Shown one piece after another: positions 8,557-17,462 of a stretch of 64,000 bases of DNA. The position numbers were made by a program, and so were the translations under genes. Source of the stretch: Acidobacteriota bacterium (GTDB lineage: Bacteria; Acidobacteriota; UBA6911; RPQK01; JAJDTT01). Below the pieces are notes generated by a model. It saw only the letters and a program-made list of their open reading frames with translations. It was not told the DNA's origin and ran no database searches. Where the stretch lies: positions 4,441,859 to 4,505,858 of the forward strand of contig OZ246889.1 of the NCBI GenBank assembly GCA_965231825.1, in the 5' to 3' direction. Each line of letters starts with the position of its first letter. The stretch's first letter is position 1.

Positions 8557-11149
8557 AGTGATTGTAGGCGAACTCCCGCGAGCTGATGAGGGCCCACATC
8601 AGGTTCGCCAGTTGCTCCTTCCTCGGGGAGGATCCCTCTTGGACGAACGCTTCCAGGTCGGACCGTTCCCGTTCGGTCGGGTAGCGCGACAGCGCCGACA
8701 AGTAGAAGCCTTCGATGATTTGGGAATCGGTTTGGCCGTCCTGCAGGGCCCGGTCCAGGCGTCCTCCCGATTGAGTGATCTTGGTCGTGTAGGTCGAGCC
8801 CGCCCACATGTGCAGGGCCTGGGCCAAGGTCAGGGACGGCTGTTCCGGAAGCGACTTGCGCATGGACCGTCCGTAGACGTTGAGGAAATGGCACGGAAAC
8901 AGCTCGGGAATCAGGTCGATGGCGCGGGCCCCCGGACGAGCCGCGCCGGTGCGCAAGGTCTTGGGGTGCACCGGGAACTCCTCCGGGACCCCGGTGGCGT
9001 GGGAGATGGCGTCCAGCAGGACGGTGGCCTGCAACGGCCGGGCCAAAGCCCGCGCATAGTTGATTTCATCCTCCTTGTTGGTCCGGTTGGGGATTCCCGA
9101 AGCCTGGTAGGTCCTCGACCGGGCGATTCGCCTCATCAGATGCTTCAGATCGTATCCGTGCGCCACGAAGTCTTCCGCCAGCGCCGACAGCAGTTCGGGA
9201 TGCGTCGGCGGGTTGGACACCTTGAAGTCGTCCACCGGGTCCACGATTCCACGGCCGAAGAAATAGCCCCAGACCCGGTTCACGATGGTCTGGGCGAAGG
9301 CGGGCTGGGCGATGATCCAGTCGGCCAGGGCCATGCGCGGATCGCGCTCCTGCTCCCCGGTCGGGAATGCCCCGTCCAGGAACCTGGCCCGGACTTCTTC
9401 CTTCCGGCGCGGATGGACGGTCTTGATGCCCTCCTGTTTCAAGTCGTAGGATCGCCCACCCTCCGGATTGTCGAAAACCAATTGGGAATCCTGAAGTTGC
9501 GTGACGTTGCCGAAAAAGGCGGTCATTCCCCAGAACTGGTCCTGGCTCCAGGTCTCGAAGGGATGGTTGTGGCACTGGGCGCAATCCAGCCGGCGCCCCA
9601 TGAAGAGGCGGACCTGCTCGGCCATGATCTCGTGGGGCACGATCAGTTCGGTATAACGAAAAAAGTGACGGGTGGGAGCCCCGTACCCCTGAGCGGCAAT
9701 GCGTTCCCGCGCCATGCGGTCGTACCGCTTGTTCTGAAGGATGCCGTTGCGGAGCCAGTCGTCGTATGCCTTGACCTCCTTGAACGAGGTCACGGTGGTG
9801 TAGCTCACCCGGAACAGATCCGCGAACAGGAAGCTCCAATAGTCCGCGTGCTGGGGAGAGGCGAGGAGCGTCTCGATGAGCTTGTCCCGTTTCCGCGGAT
9901 CGCGGTCGGCCAGGAATTCCCGGACACGATCCGGCGGCGGCAAGGTGCCCGCGATGTCCAGACAGACGCGGCGCAGGAACTCAGAATCGCTGGAAAGCAC
10001 AGAAGGACGGATCTGAAACTTCCGCAATTTGGCGAAGACGTGTTCGTCGATGAGATTGCGGGGCTCGATCCTGAAGTCGGTTGGGACCGCCTCGTCCACC
10101 ACTCCGAAACGTGCGCTGACGGCATGACCGGCGGTCCGGACCAGCACCGTCGTCTCCCCTCTTCCCATGGCCGTGACCCGGCCGGTCTCGTCGACCGTCA
10201 CGACGTGGGGATTCTGGGAGACGTAGCGCGCCTGGTGACTGATGTCCTCGCTCCGGCCACCGGGCCCGTAGGCGGTCACCAGGAGCTGCTGCACGCCATC
10301 ATGGTCCAGTACAGCTTCCCGCGGGAAGACCGTTACTCGCACGATCCGCCCAGCCTCACTCCGGTCACCGTATCCAGCCCCCTCCCGGATCCAATCCACG
10401 AGGGCGGCGTAGTCCGGAGAGTCGGCGCCCAGGCGCTCACCGCCGCCGTGGATCACCTTCATGGCGGCCTTCTGCAGCAGCAGGCTCTCCTCCGGGCGCT
10501 CCGGATTCACGCGGGGTACTCTCGGCCCCCCCGATTCCATGACGAGAACCTGGTAGATCCCGCCTTTGACGATCCACTCGTGGTCTTCTTCCGGATAGAG
10601 GCCGTCGAGGGAGAGCTTGAATCCTCCCTTTCCCTTGACGCTGCCGTGGCACTCGCTGGCGTTGCAGCCGCGCTTGGTCAGAATGGAGGCGATATCGCGG
10701 TCGAAACGGAAGGGTCTGGGCTCCGAGCCGGGATCGATTCGAATTTGCGAACGGACATGCCGTCCTCGGGCCTCAGCCCGTAGAGTCACCTCCCCTGGCG
10801 CCAGGGCCACAACCTTGCCGGTGTCATCCACACGCGCCAAGGCGGGATCGGAGAGACGAAACGCGCTGCCGGAAGTCAGATCCCGCTCCAGTCCGTCGGC
10901 GAACGTCCCCATCACCACAATGCGCTGGGAAGCATCCGGCCCCTGGAGACGCACCTGCTCCGGGACCAACCGCAGGGATAGCAGCGTCGGAGCGTGGCTC
11001 GGTGCGGGTTCCTCGACGGCAGCAGCCAGGGACGCGAGGAATGAGAAAGCGATGGCAAAGGCCGAACAACGGTATGGACCCGGCCGACGTCGGAGATTTC
11101 TCCCGGCGGTGTTCCGAATCGACTCGTGCGCTTTCACGATTGCCATCAA
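8555..11149 (-). CDS. PSCyt1 + DUF1549 + DUF1553 domain protein (Planctomycete cytochrome-C-like family)
   Basis: CNASECHGSVKGKGGFKLS (PSCyt1-like). DCAQCHNHPFETWSQDQFWG (DUF1549). NRVWGYFFGRGIVDPVDDFKVSNPPTHPELL (DUF1553). Signal-anchor at the N-terminus. 4-bp overlap with the upstream gene. Confidence 0.85.
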   Translation of the reverse strand: MMAIVKAHESIRNTAGRNLRRRPGPYRCSAFAIAFSFLASLAAAVEEPAPSHAPTLLSLRLVPEQVRLQGPDASQRIVVMGTFADGLERDLTSGSAFRLSDPALARVDDTGKVVALAPGEVTLRAEARGRHVRSQIRIDPGSEPRPFRFDRDIASILTKRGCNASECHGSVKGKGGFKLSLDGLYPEEDHEWIVKGGIYQVLVMESGGPRVPRVNPERPEESLLLQKAAMKVIHGGGERLGADSPDYAALVDWIREGAGYGDRSEAGRIVRVTVFPREAVLDHDGVQQLLVTAYGPGGRSEDISHQARYVSQNPHVVTVDETGRVTAMGRGETTVLVRTAGHAVSARFGVVDEAVPTDFRIEPRNLIDEHVFAKLRKFQIRPSVLSSDSEFLRRVCLDIAGTLPPPDRVREFLADRDPRKRDKLIETLLASPQHADYWSFLFADLFRVSYTTVTSFKEVKAYDDWLRNGILQNKRYDRMARERIAAQGYGAPTRHFFRYTELIVPHEIMAEQVRLFMGRRLDCAQCHNHPFETWSQDQFWGMTAFFGNVTQLQDSQLVFDNPEGGRSYDLKQEGIKTVHPRRKEEVRARFLDGAFPTGEQERDPRMALADWIIAQPAFAQTIVNRVWGYFFGRGIVDPVDDFKVSNPPTHPELLSALAEDFVAHGYDLKHLMRRIARSRTYQASGIPNRTNKEDEINYARALARPLQATVLLDAISHATGVPEEFPVHPKTLRTGAARPGARAIDLIPELFPCHFLNVYGRSMRKSLPEQPSLTLAQALHMWAGSTYTTKITQSGGRLDRALQDGQTDSQIIEGFYLSALSRYPTERERSDLEAFVQEGSSPRKEQLANLMWALISSREFAYNH

Positions 11150-13056
11150 GACCCCCCATTCCCGGAATCTTGATCCGGACCAGCGGGGGCAACCACCATC
11201 AACGGGATCTCCGCGACGGGCAGATCCGCGCCGACCCGTCCCCCGACCACCGGTCTGGCGGTCAAGCGGAAGGTTACTGGCATGCGCGTGACTGCAGCAT
11301 CCGAGTCGGCCAGAAGGACCAGGGTCGTCGTCTGCACGGCCGGCAAGAAGTTTTCCTTCTGCTGGCTGACGGGGGCGGAACTCTTCTTTTTCTCCGCATC
11401 GGCTCCCGGGAAGACCCGGACCCCGGGCGGCAGCTTGGAATAGTCAAAGAGGACTTCCCCGGCAAACCCTTCCTCTTGATGCGTGACGATGCTCAGTTTC
11501 CGGGCTCGTCCCGGGACCAGGTTGATCCGGTCGGAAGGGTCGACTTCGATGGCGCCGACGTGGGGAATCGGGGCGCGTACGAGCAGGCGATACCCGTAAT
11601 CCTGACCGCCGTACCGCGAGGTGACGTCGCTGACCTCCACGAAGTACCTGCCGCTTCGCTCCAAGGTGTAAGCCATCTTGGGTTCGACCGTTTTCAGAAA
11701 AGAACTGGGAATGCCGCCGCCGCTGTAGACCGTCTCGTGTTTGTGAACATTGGCCAGCAGCGATTCGCCCTGATCTCCGAAAAGCTCCAGGCGCGGGTTG
11801 AAATGGGGCGGCTCCACCCCGGAGGTCTCGATCTCAAAGACCAGTTCCGCACCCGCTTCCCCCTCGAACGCGTAGGTGTCGCGGTCGCCGGGCGCGCCGA
11901 TGCTGCCTTCGACGATGTCCCCCACGGCCAACGGCAAGGCCTGGCCGCGCACCCCGTTCGGCTCCTGTTCCTGGAGCCGTGACAGATTCCCGGGTACCGG
12001 TGCGACCGCCGACCCGGGAGAATCGGGGGACGCCGACAGGCTGCCGGCAGCGGAGGCGGTCTCCGGTGGTTGGGAACTCGGATTCGCCTGCCGGACCGTC
12101 CGGGAACGGAGACGGGCGGTCCACTCGCCGTCGATCTTCCGGGTGAAGTGCCGTTCCGTCCACGTGGCTTCAGAGGCTGCCTGCGCCGCCGGAACGGCGG
12201 TCAGAACCCGAAGCTGGTAGCCGCAGTCGGGGCCCCCTTTTCCGAAGAGCGATTCGACCTCCACCAGGTAGCGGCCCGATTCCTCCACGCGGTAGGTGTA
12301 CCGGTTCCGAACCGGAATCAGGTCGGAATTCTCCTGCTCCTGGAATAGAAGCCGGGTCGGACGGTCAGGATCGAGCCAGCTCCCCGTCGGCCGGTATAGG
12401 GCGAGCCGGGGCTCGAAGTGCACCGCCTGTGTGATTTCGAAGGTCAGTTCCTGACCGGCAACCGCGTCGAACCCGTAGGCGTCCAGCTCGCCATGCTCTC
12501 CGATGCGGCCGTTGACGATGACAGGGACGCCGATCTCCTGCGCTTGCCGCGCCGATGGATGCGGGGTATCGATCTCGCTGATCACGCCGCCTTCATCGAC
12601 CCGGAAATGGAGCGCGTTGGATACCCCCCGATGGGAGACCAGGCGAAAAGAATGGGTTCCGGCGGGAACCGATGATCCCACGGTGAGGTGCGCCGTTACA
12701 CGAAATAAGGGGGACGATTTCTCCTTTTTTGGAGACGGACGCGCCGGTTCAGGCCCCTCGATCATCTCGACTTCGCCGACTCGAGCCTCCAGCCCGGAGG
12801 AACCGAAGACGATCGAATAGGCGCCGTCCAGAGCTTCTCCCCGAATCTCGAGTTCGACGCCGGCCCCCTGCTGCCCGCCGGGAGGAAAGACCGAAATCAA
12901 CATCGGTTCGGGAGGGGCCTCGTCGCTGGAGGACTGCGCTCCGAGCCGGCCAGTGGACGGAACGAAAAACAACAACGCGATACAAGCCATCCCGAAGAAA
13001 CACGAACGGAATTCCGGGATTCCGGAGCGGCCAAGATGTCGCCGGCTTTTTACCAC
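11146..13056 (-). CDS. secreted protein with tandem pre-peptidase-C-terminal (PPC)-like domains
   Basis: Signal peptide. Repeated motifs typical of the PPC beta-sandwich (GEHGELDAYGFDAVAGQELTFEI; GDRDTYAFEGEAGAELVFEIE; GGQDYGYRLLV). Paralog of 56000-57922. First gene of cassette 1. Confidence 0.55.
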   Translation of the reverse strand: MVKSRRHLGRSGIPEFRSCFFGMACIALLFFVPSTGRLGAQSSSDEAPPEPMLISVFPPGGQQGAGVELEIRGEALDGAYSIVFGSSGLEARVGEVEMIEGPEPARPSPKKEKSSPLFRVTAHLTVGSSVPAGTHSFRLVSHRGVSNALHFRVDEGGVISEIDTPHPSARQAQEIGVPVIVNGRIGEHGELDAYGFDAVAGQELTFEITQAVHFEPRLALYRPTGSWLDPDRPTRLLFQEQENSDLIPVRNRYTYRVEESGRYLVEVESLFGKGGPDCGYQLRVLTAVPAAQAASEATWTERHFTRKIDGEWTARLRSRTVRQANPSSQPPETASAAGSLSASPDSPGSAVAPVPGNLSRLQEQEPNGVRGQALPLAVGDIVEGSIGAPGDRDTYAFEGEAGAELVFEIETSGVEPPHFNPRLELFGDQGESLLANVHKHETVYSGGGIPSSFLKTVEPKMAYTLERSGRYFVEVSDVTSRYGGQDYGYRLLVRAPIPHVGAIEVDPSDRINLVPGRARKLSIVTHQEEGFAGEVLFDYSKLPPGVRVFPGADAEKKKSSAPVSQQKENFLPAVQTTTLVLLADSDAAVTRMPVTFRLTARPVVGGRVGADLPVAEIPLMVVAPAGPDQDSGNGGS

Positions 13057-13165
13057 TCGGAGCTTTCAGGTATATGGTTTTTGGTTAGTCATGAATTGTA
13101 CCACTCGGGACCGGCAAGGGCGAGCACAGTGGAGGGTCTGCGCTCCGATCCGGCCTCGGCCTTCG

Positions 13166-13795
13166 TCAATTCTCGTCCAACTCTCTGACGTAAATGTTCC
13201 GGAACCACAGAGGCCAGCCGTGATGCTGGAGCACAATGGGGCCTTTGGACTGGTTGAAGTCGGCCTCATACCCATCGATCACGAGTTGGTCATTGAGACG
13301 CACAGTGACCGTTTCATCCTGAACGCGAATCTCGAAGTGGTTCCACTCTCCCAGCGGACGGTCGACGGTACGCAGCGGAACGCGGTCATTGGCCGTGTAG
13401 CCGACGATCCCACCCGACCCGTGGGGAGATGAGTACACCTCCGCCGTTCTGTCCCAGATCTCCACTTGCAGCTCGCCGCGCAGGTAGATTCCGCTGTTGC
13501 CGTCTTTCTCGATCTTCCAATCGATGAGCAGAATGAAATCGCCGTATTCCTTTTCGGTGCGCAAATTGCGCTCGAACACCGTGTCAGGCGCAGGTTGCCA
13601 GCCTCCGCCGTCGTAAACGATCATGCCGTCCTCGGCCCCCCAGTGGCCGCTGCCGTCATCCTTCCAACCCCTCAGATCGTGGCCATTGAAGAGCTTGGTA
13701 AATCCCTCGGGCGGCGAGTCGTGCGACGGCGTTGCACATCCTGGAACCAGGGCGATCACCGCGGCGATAAACAACAATTTCAGGGTTCTCATCAA
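13166..13795 (-). CDS. DUF1080 (3-keto-disaccharide hydrolase-like) lipoprotein
   Basis: Lipobox LVPGC. FNGHDLRGW, WKIEKDGNSGIYLRG and IVLQHHGWPLWFRNIYVREL are characteristic of DUF1080 jelly-roll proteins. Confidence 0.8.
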   Translation of the reverse strand: MMRTLKLLFIAAVIALVPGCATPSHDSPPEGFTKLFNGHDLRGWKDDGSGHWGAEDGMIVYDGGGWQPAPDTVFERNLRTEKEYGDFILLIDWKIEKDGNSGIYLRGELQVEIWDRTAEVYSSPHGSGGIVGYTANDRVPLRTVDRPLGEWNHFEIRVQDETVTVRLNDQLVIDGYEADFNQSKGPIVLQHHGWPLWFRNIYVRELDEN

Positions 13796-16416
13796 GGCTC
13801 CTCAGTTTTTGGATGTCGAGTGTGGAAGGCCGGGTCTTCCGGATTTCCGCCCGACCTTATGTAAGCCACCAAATCCAGAATTTCTTCCTCGGTCAAGATA
13901 TCGAGCAGTCCTTCGGGCATCTCTGAAATTCTCGAGACCGCGCGGGTTTTTATCCGGTCCGCGGCAATTTCGGTCACCCCTTGTGTGAACGGATTCCCGC
14001 GAACGCGCAGCAGTCTTCCATCGTCGTAAACGACGCGGCCGACATGCAATCGGCCATCTTCCATCTCGATCGACTCGTTGAAGAAGCGATCGGCGACCAC
14101 CTTGGAGGGATCGAGCAGCGCCTCCATCAGGTACTGCGCATCGAAACGATTTCCGGCCGTCGTGATGTCCGGCCCCGTCGTGCCTCCCTGGTCGCCAAAG
14201 CGGTGGCATCGGGCGCACTCCGCGGCCTCGTAGGCAGACTTTCCCTTCTCGTAGGAGCGGCCGCTATTCACCTGCTTGAGCCGGGGCAGAAAGTCGGCAA
14301 CCCGCCAAGCTCGCACGAATCCACGGACCGGTTCCTCGCCGGCCGCCGTCATGGCTCGTTGATCATCGAGGATCTCCTCAAGTGCCGCGAGTTCCTCGTC
14401 GCTGAGGGTTTCAACGGCCGATTGCCGAAGATTCTGAAGAGTGTAGATGAAACGGCTGTTGAGACCTCTCCTCCCAAATGCTTTCTCCGCACGAAGATAC
14501 TCTCCCTGGGACGAATTCAGGGCGCGGAAGAAGGTTTGGCGCTGCGGCAGCGTCCAACCCTCTCCGAGATGGCTCAAGGCGGCGAAATAAAAGAGCTTTT
14601 CCTGTCTCCCGCCGGAGTCGATCATTCTCAACGACTTGTCGATGACACCCGGATATTTCAAGTAGACCAGGAGCCGGCAAAGCTCCTGGTTCAGTGCCCG
14701 GCTGGAGGAAGGAAACATCCGTCCAAGACGCTTGGCGGCCTGTTGCCCCAACCCGTTGCGCGGGCCGCCCATCCGGACAAAGGCCAGACTGTAGGCGCGC
14801 AGCGCCTCCAGTAGTTGATCCTCGGGAAGTCGCTCCAGAGGAAGCCGGTCGAGCCTCGCCAAGACCGCCTCCTGCAACTCCGGCCGGCCGGTTCGCGCCA
14901 GGGCCAACATGGCCTGGACCGACGCGACGGTGTCGTTCTCGCGCAGCGCGCGGTCCTGCCACTCCGCGAGATCCTGCCGCTCGATGGCGACGCGCGCCGC
15001 ATAGCGGAGTGTGCGATCGGAGCTGGCCAGGTGAGGCCACGCCTCCGCCACCGCGCGCCTGTCGTTTCGGCTATGGAACTGCTCCAAGCGCCTGCGCGTT
15101 CGTCGTGCCCGCTCGGCTGCAGGATGGTCGGCGGGATCGGCCGGATCGGTGACTTCGTCTCCCCGATAGCGGATTCGAAATAGACCCGACTTGGCCTCTC
15201 TCCCGCCCACCGTGAAATACATGTCTCCATCCCGGTTGATCACGACGTCGGTAACGGGCACGGCACTTCCCGTCAGGAATGGCTCGAAGGCCGCCGAATA
15301 ACCCGCTCCCTGCGGTTTCAGGTGAACCGCATAGATCGTGCCCGACGCCCAATCGCACGCGAACAACACCCGCTGATAGCTGGCTGGAAACCGGGCCCCG
15401 GTTCCAAAAACCAGGCCGGTCGGCGATCCGTACCCGATATCGGCCACGCTGCCGACACTGTCTGGGTAGTGTTCCGGCCACTTTCCGTAAGGTGTCCAAC
15501 GCCCCGTGTCGTAGCGCCAGCCATACTCCCCTCCCGAAACCACCTGGTTGATGCGGGTGGGGCGGTACCAGGGCGTGCCGATGCCCGCTTCGCTGTCCGC
15601 ATCGAAGGCGAACAGCTCGCCGTCGGGATTGAACGCCAGGTCATAGGGGTTCCGGAAACCTCCGGCAATCAACTCCCAGACCGAACCCGTTTCGTCGGTA
15701 CGGGCAACCCAGCCGGCCGGCACGAATCCCGGCTCAGGGGGGATCAGCAGATCATTGGCCCAATTCCTGAACGGAGAAGTCGGCGCCAACCCTTCCGGAA
15801 CCTTGGTGCCATTGCCCGCAACGAGATAGATGAGACCGTCGGGGCCGAGCACCGCGGCGTGGGGCCCATGCTCGCCATGCCCGTTCTCGTTGTCCACAGC
15901 CTCCAATCGCTTCAGCAGCTTGACCTCGTCGAACCGGTCATCGCCGTCTGTATCCAGCACCCGGTAGAAGCCGCTGCCCTGCGCCACCTTCTCCTCGGAG
16001 GTCCGGTACAGGTTGACCGTGACATAGAGACTGTCGTGGGCGTAGAGAAGCCCTTGGGCGTGGCCGATGGGAAGATTCAGCTTCTCGACTCCGGTGACGG
16101 AATCTCCAGCTCCGAGAGTCACTCGGTAAAGACTCCCGAATTGATCGGCGGCAATCAGCCGCCCTTTGGAATCCGGCGTCAAAGCCACCCAGGAACCCTG
16201 TTCCTCCAGCGGCACCGAATAGACCAGGTCCACCTCGAATCCCTCCGGCACCTGAAGCTGTCGTGAGACTTCGAGAAGGCCGTCGTCGTGGGTTGTCTTG
16301 GGACCGAAAGGATCAAGCGGGCTCTGGCACGAAAAGGAAAAGCCGGACACGATGACGATGGCGGCCAAGCAGCTCCGCCAGCCGATCAGACGATCCTTGA
16401 GAAAAACTCCAGGCAT
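13792..16416 (-). CDS. multidomain beta-propeller / HEAT-repeat / c-type heme (CxxCH) dehydrogenase-like protein
   Basis: N-terminal propeller-like blades. Central HEAT-like helical repeats. C-terminal CARCHRFGDQGGTTGPDIT heme-binding motif typical of PVC-group 'membrane-bound dehydrogenase domain' proteins. 4-bp overlap with the DUF1080 gene. Confidence 0.65.
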   Translation of the reverse strand: MPGVFLKDRLIGWRSCLAAIVIVSGFSFSCQSPLDPFGPKTTHDDGLLEVSRQLQVPEGFEVDLVYSVPLEEQGSWVALTPDSKGRLIAADQFGSLYRVTLGAGDSVTGVEKLNLPIGHAQGLLYAHDSLYVTVNLYRTSEEKVAQGSGFYRVLDTDGDDRFDEVKLLKRLEAVDNENGHGEHGPHAAVLGPDGLIYLVAGNGTKVPEGLAPTSPFRNWANDLLIPPEPGFVPAGWVARTDETGSVWELIAGGFRNPYDLAFNPDGELFAFDADSEAGIGTPWYRPTRINQVVSGGEYGWRYDTGRWTPYGKWPEHYPDSVGSVADIGYGSPTGLVFGTGARFPASYQRVLFACDWASGTIYAVHLKPQGAGYSAAFEPFLTGSAVPVTDVVINRDGDMYFTVGGREAKSGLFRIRYRGDEVTDPADPADHPAAERARRTRRRLEQFHSRNDRRAVAEAWPHLASSDRTLRYAARVAIERQDLAEWQDRALRENDTVASVQAMLALARTGRPELQEAVLARLDRLPLERLPEDQLLEALRAYSLAFVRMGGPRNGLGQQAAKRLGRMFPSSSRALNQELCRLLVYLKYPGVIDKSLRMIDSGGRQEKLFYFAALSHLGEGWTLPQRQTFFRALNSSQGEYLRAEKAFGRRGLNSRFIYTLQNLRQSAVETLSDEELAALEEILDDQRAMTAAGEEPVRGFVRAWRVADFLPRLKQVNSGRSYEKGKSAYEAAECARCHRFGDQGGTTGPDITTAGNRFDAQYLMEALLDPSKVVADRFFNESIEMEDGRLHVGRVVYDDGRLLRVRGNPFTQGVTEIAADRIKTRAVSRISEMPEGLLDILTEEEILDLVAYIRSGGNPEDPAFHTRHPKTEEP

Positions 16417-16469
16417 TAAACTCCAGTCCCCTTTGCTTTAGTCCTCGCCCAAGCCTAGGATACCCAGAA

Positions 16470-17375
16470 TTGAAGGGAGAGACTTCCGTGACTGAGAACT
16501 CTTACCGTGTGGCACCGCCAGGTTTCACCCCGGATCAATGGGAAGAATTCCAGGAAAAGGGAATTCTGGTCTTCGAGAACGCCATTCCGCAGAAGGATGT
16601 GGAACGCTATATCGAGGCCATTGACCGCGTTGCCGCAGCCGATCCGAACTACTCTCCAGGCAAGGATTTCCGGCAGCCTCACTGCGTCGCCGCCGATCCG
16701 GTTTTGAGCGAGCTCATCGACCACCCCCGCCACGTGGGCTACGGCTACGATCTCTACGGCGAGCTGTTGAAGCTCCACCGCTCGGATATCTTCATCCGGC
16801 CCCCGGACTACAAGGACGAGTCCATGTGGCACCCGGACTCCCCTCGGCCCACGCCCTACGCCGTATTCTCGATGGATCTCCCTCTGCGCCTCTGCATCGG
16901 CCTCTGGCTCACGGATCTGCCCCATGCCGAAATGGGGAACTTCATCTACATGCCGGGCAGTCATCGAAACCAGGAATTTGAGCAGTACTACACTCACGAG
17001 AGCGTCCCGGGAGAAGTCCCCCTGGTGGTTCCCGCCGGAAGCATGACGGTGATGCACTGCGGGGTCTGGCACCGGGTCGACGTCAACCATTCGAACACGA
17101 TCCGAAAGAACATGTTCGTGAGCTACTGCCCCTCCTGGCTCTGGGAGGGAGACCGGCGGCAATGCGACCCCCGATGGATCGAGACGCTGAACCGGGAGCA
17201 GCGGATCATCATGCGCAGCTTTCCCACGGCCCATGACCGAACCAATCCACCGACGGAGGACGTCCCTCTCTTCCTGGCTCGGGAGACGGAGACCGACTCG
17301 GACGCCGATGCCAACTTCCGGATCCCGCTTCGGATCCGGAAACGCAAGACGATGCCGGAAAAACTGGCGAGCTGA
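16470..17375 (+). CDS. phytanoyl-CoA dioxygenase (PhyH) family Fe(II)/2-oxoglutarate oxygenase
   Basis: WHPDS...GSHR...WHRVDVNHS spacing fits the PhyH HxD...H facial triad. Size ~300 aa. Confidence 0.6.
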   Translation: MKGETSVTENSYRVAPPGFTPDQWEEFQEKGILVFENAIPQKDVERYIEAIDRVAAADPNYSPGKDFRQPHCVAADPVLSELIDHPRHVGYGYDLYGELLKLHRSDIFIRPPDYKDESMWHPDSPRPTPYAVFSMDLPLRLCIGLWLTDLPHAEMGNFIYMPGSHRNQEFEQYYTHESVPGEVPLVVPAGSMTVMHCGVWHRVDVNHSNTIRKNMFVSYCPSWLWEGDRRQCDPRWIETLNREQRIIMRSFPTAHDRTNPPTEDVPLFLARETETDSDADANFRIPLRIRKRKTMPEKLAS

Positions 17376-17462
17376 TACTCCGGTTGCCAGTTCTCATCCG
17401 GAAGGTCGGATTGAATAGAAGTCGGATGGAGTGAGGGTTGGAAGCGGTTTTCCGGACGAGAG

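Noticed and set aside
5785-10783. Very long plus-strand ORFs (5785-7080, 6855-8486, 8558-10783) and similar ones elsewhere (29798-31471, 34624-36300, 53873-56857, 57000-58291, 58134-59300 minus, 59330-60511 minus, 41505-43205, 43224-44522)
   Set aside because: They are antisense or alternate-frame to genes with strong family signatures. The translations are low-complexity Arg/Gly/Pro-rich with no domain motifs. These are the stop-poor frames expected in 65% GC DNA.
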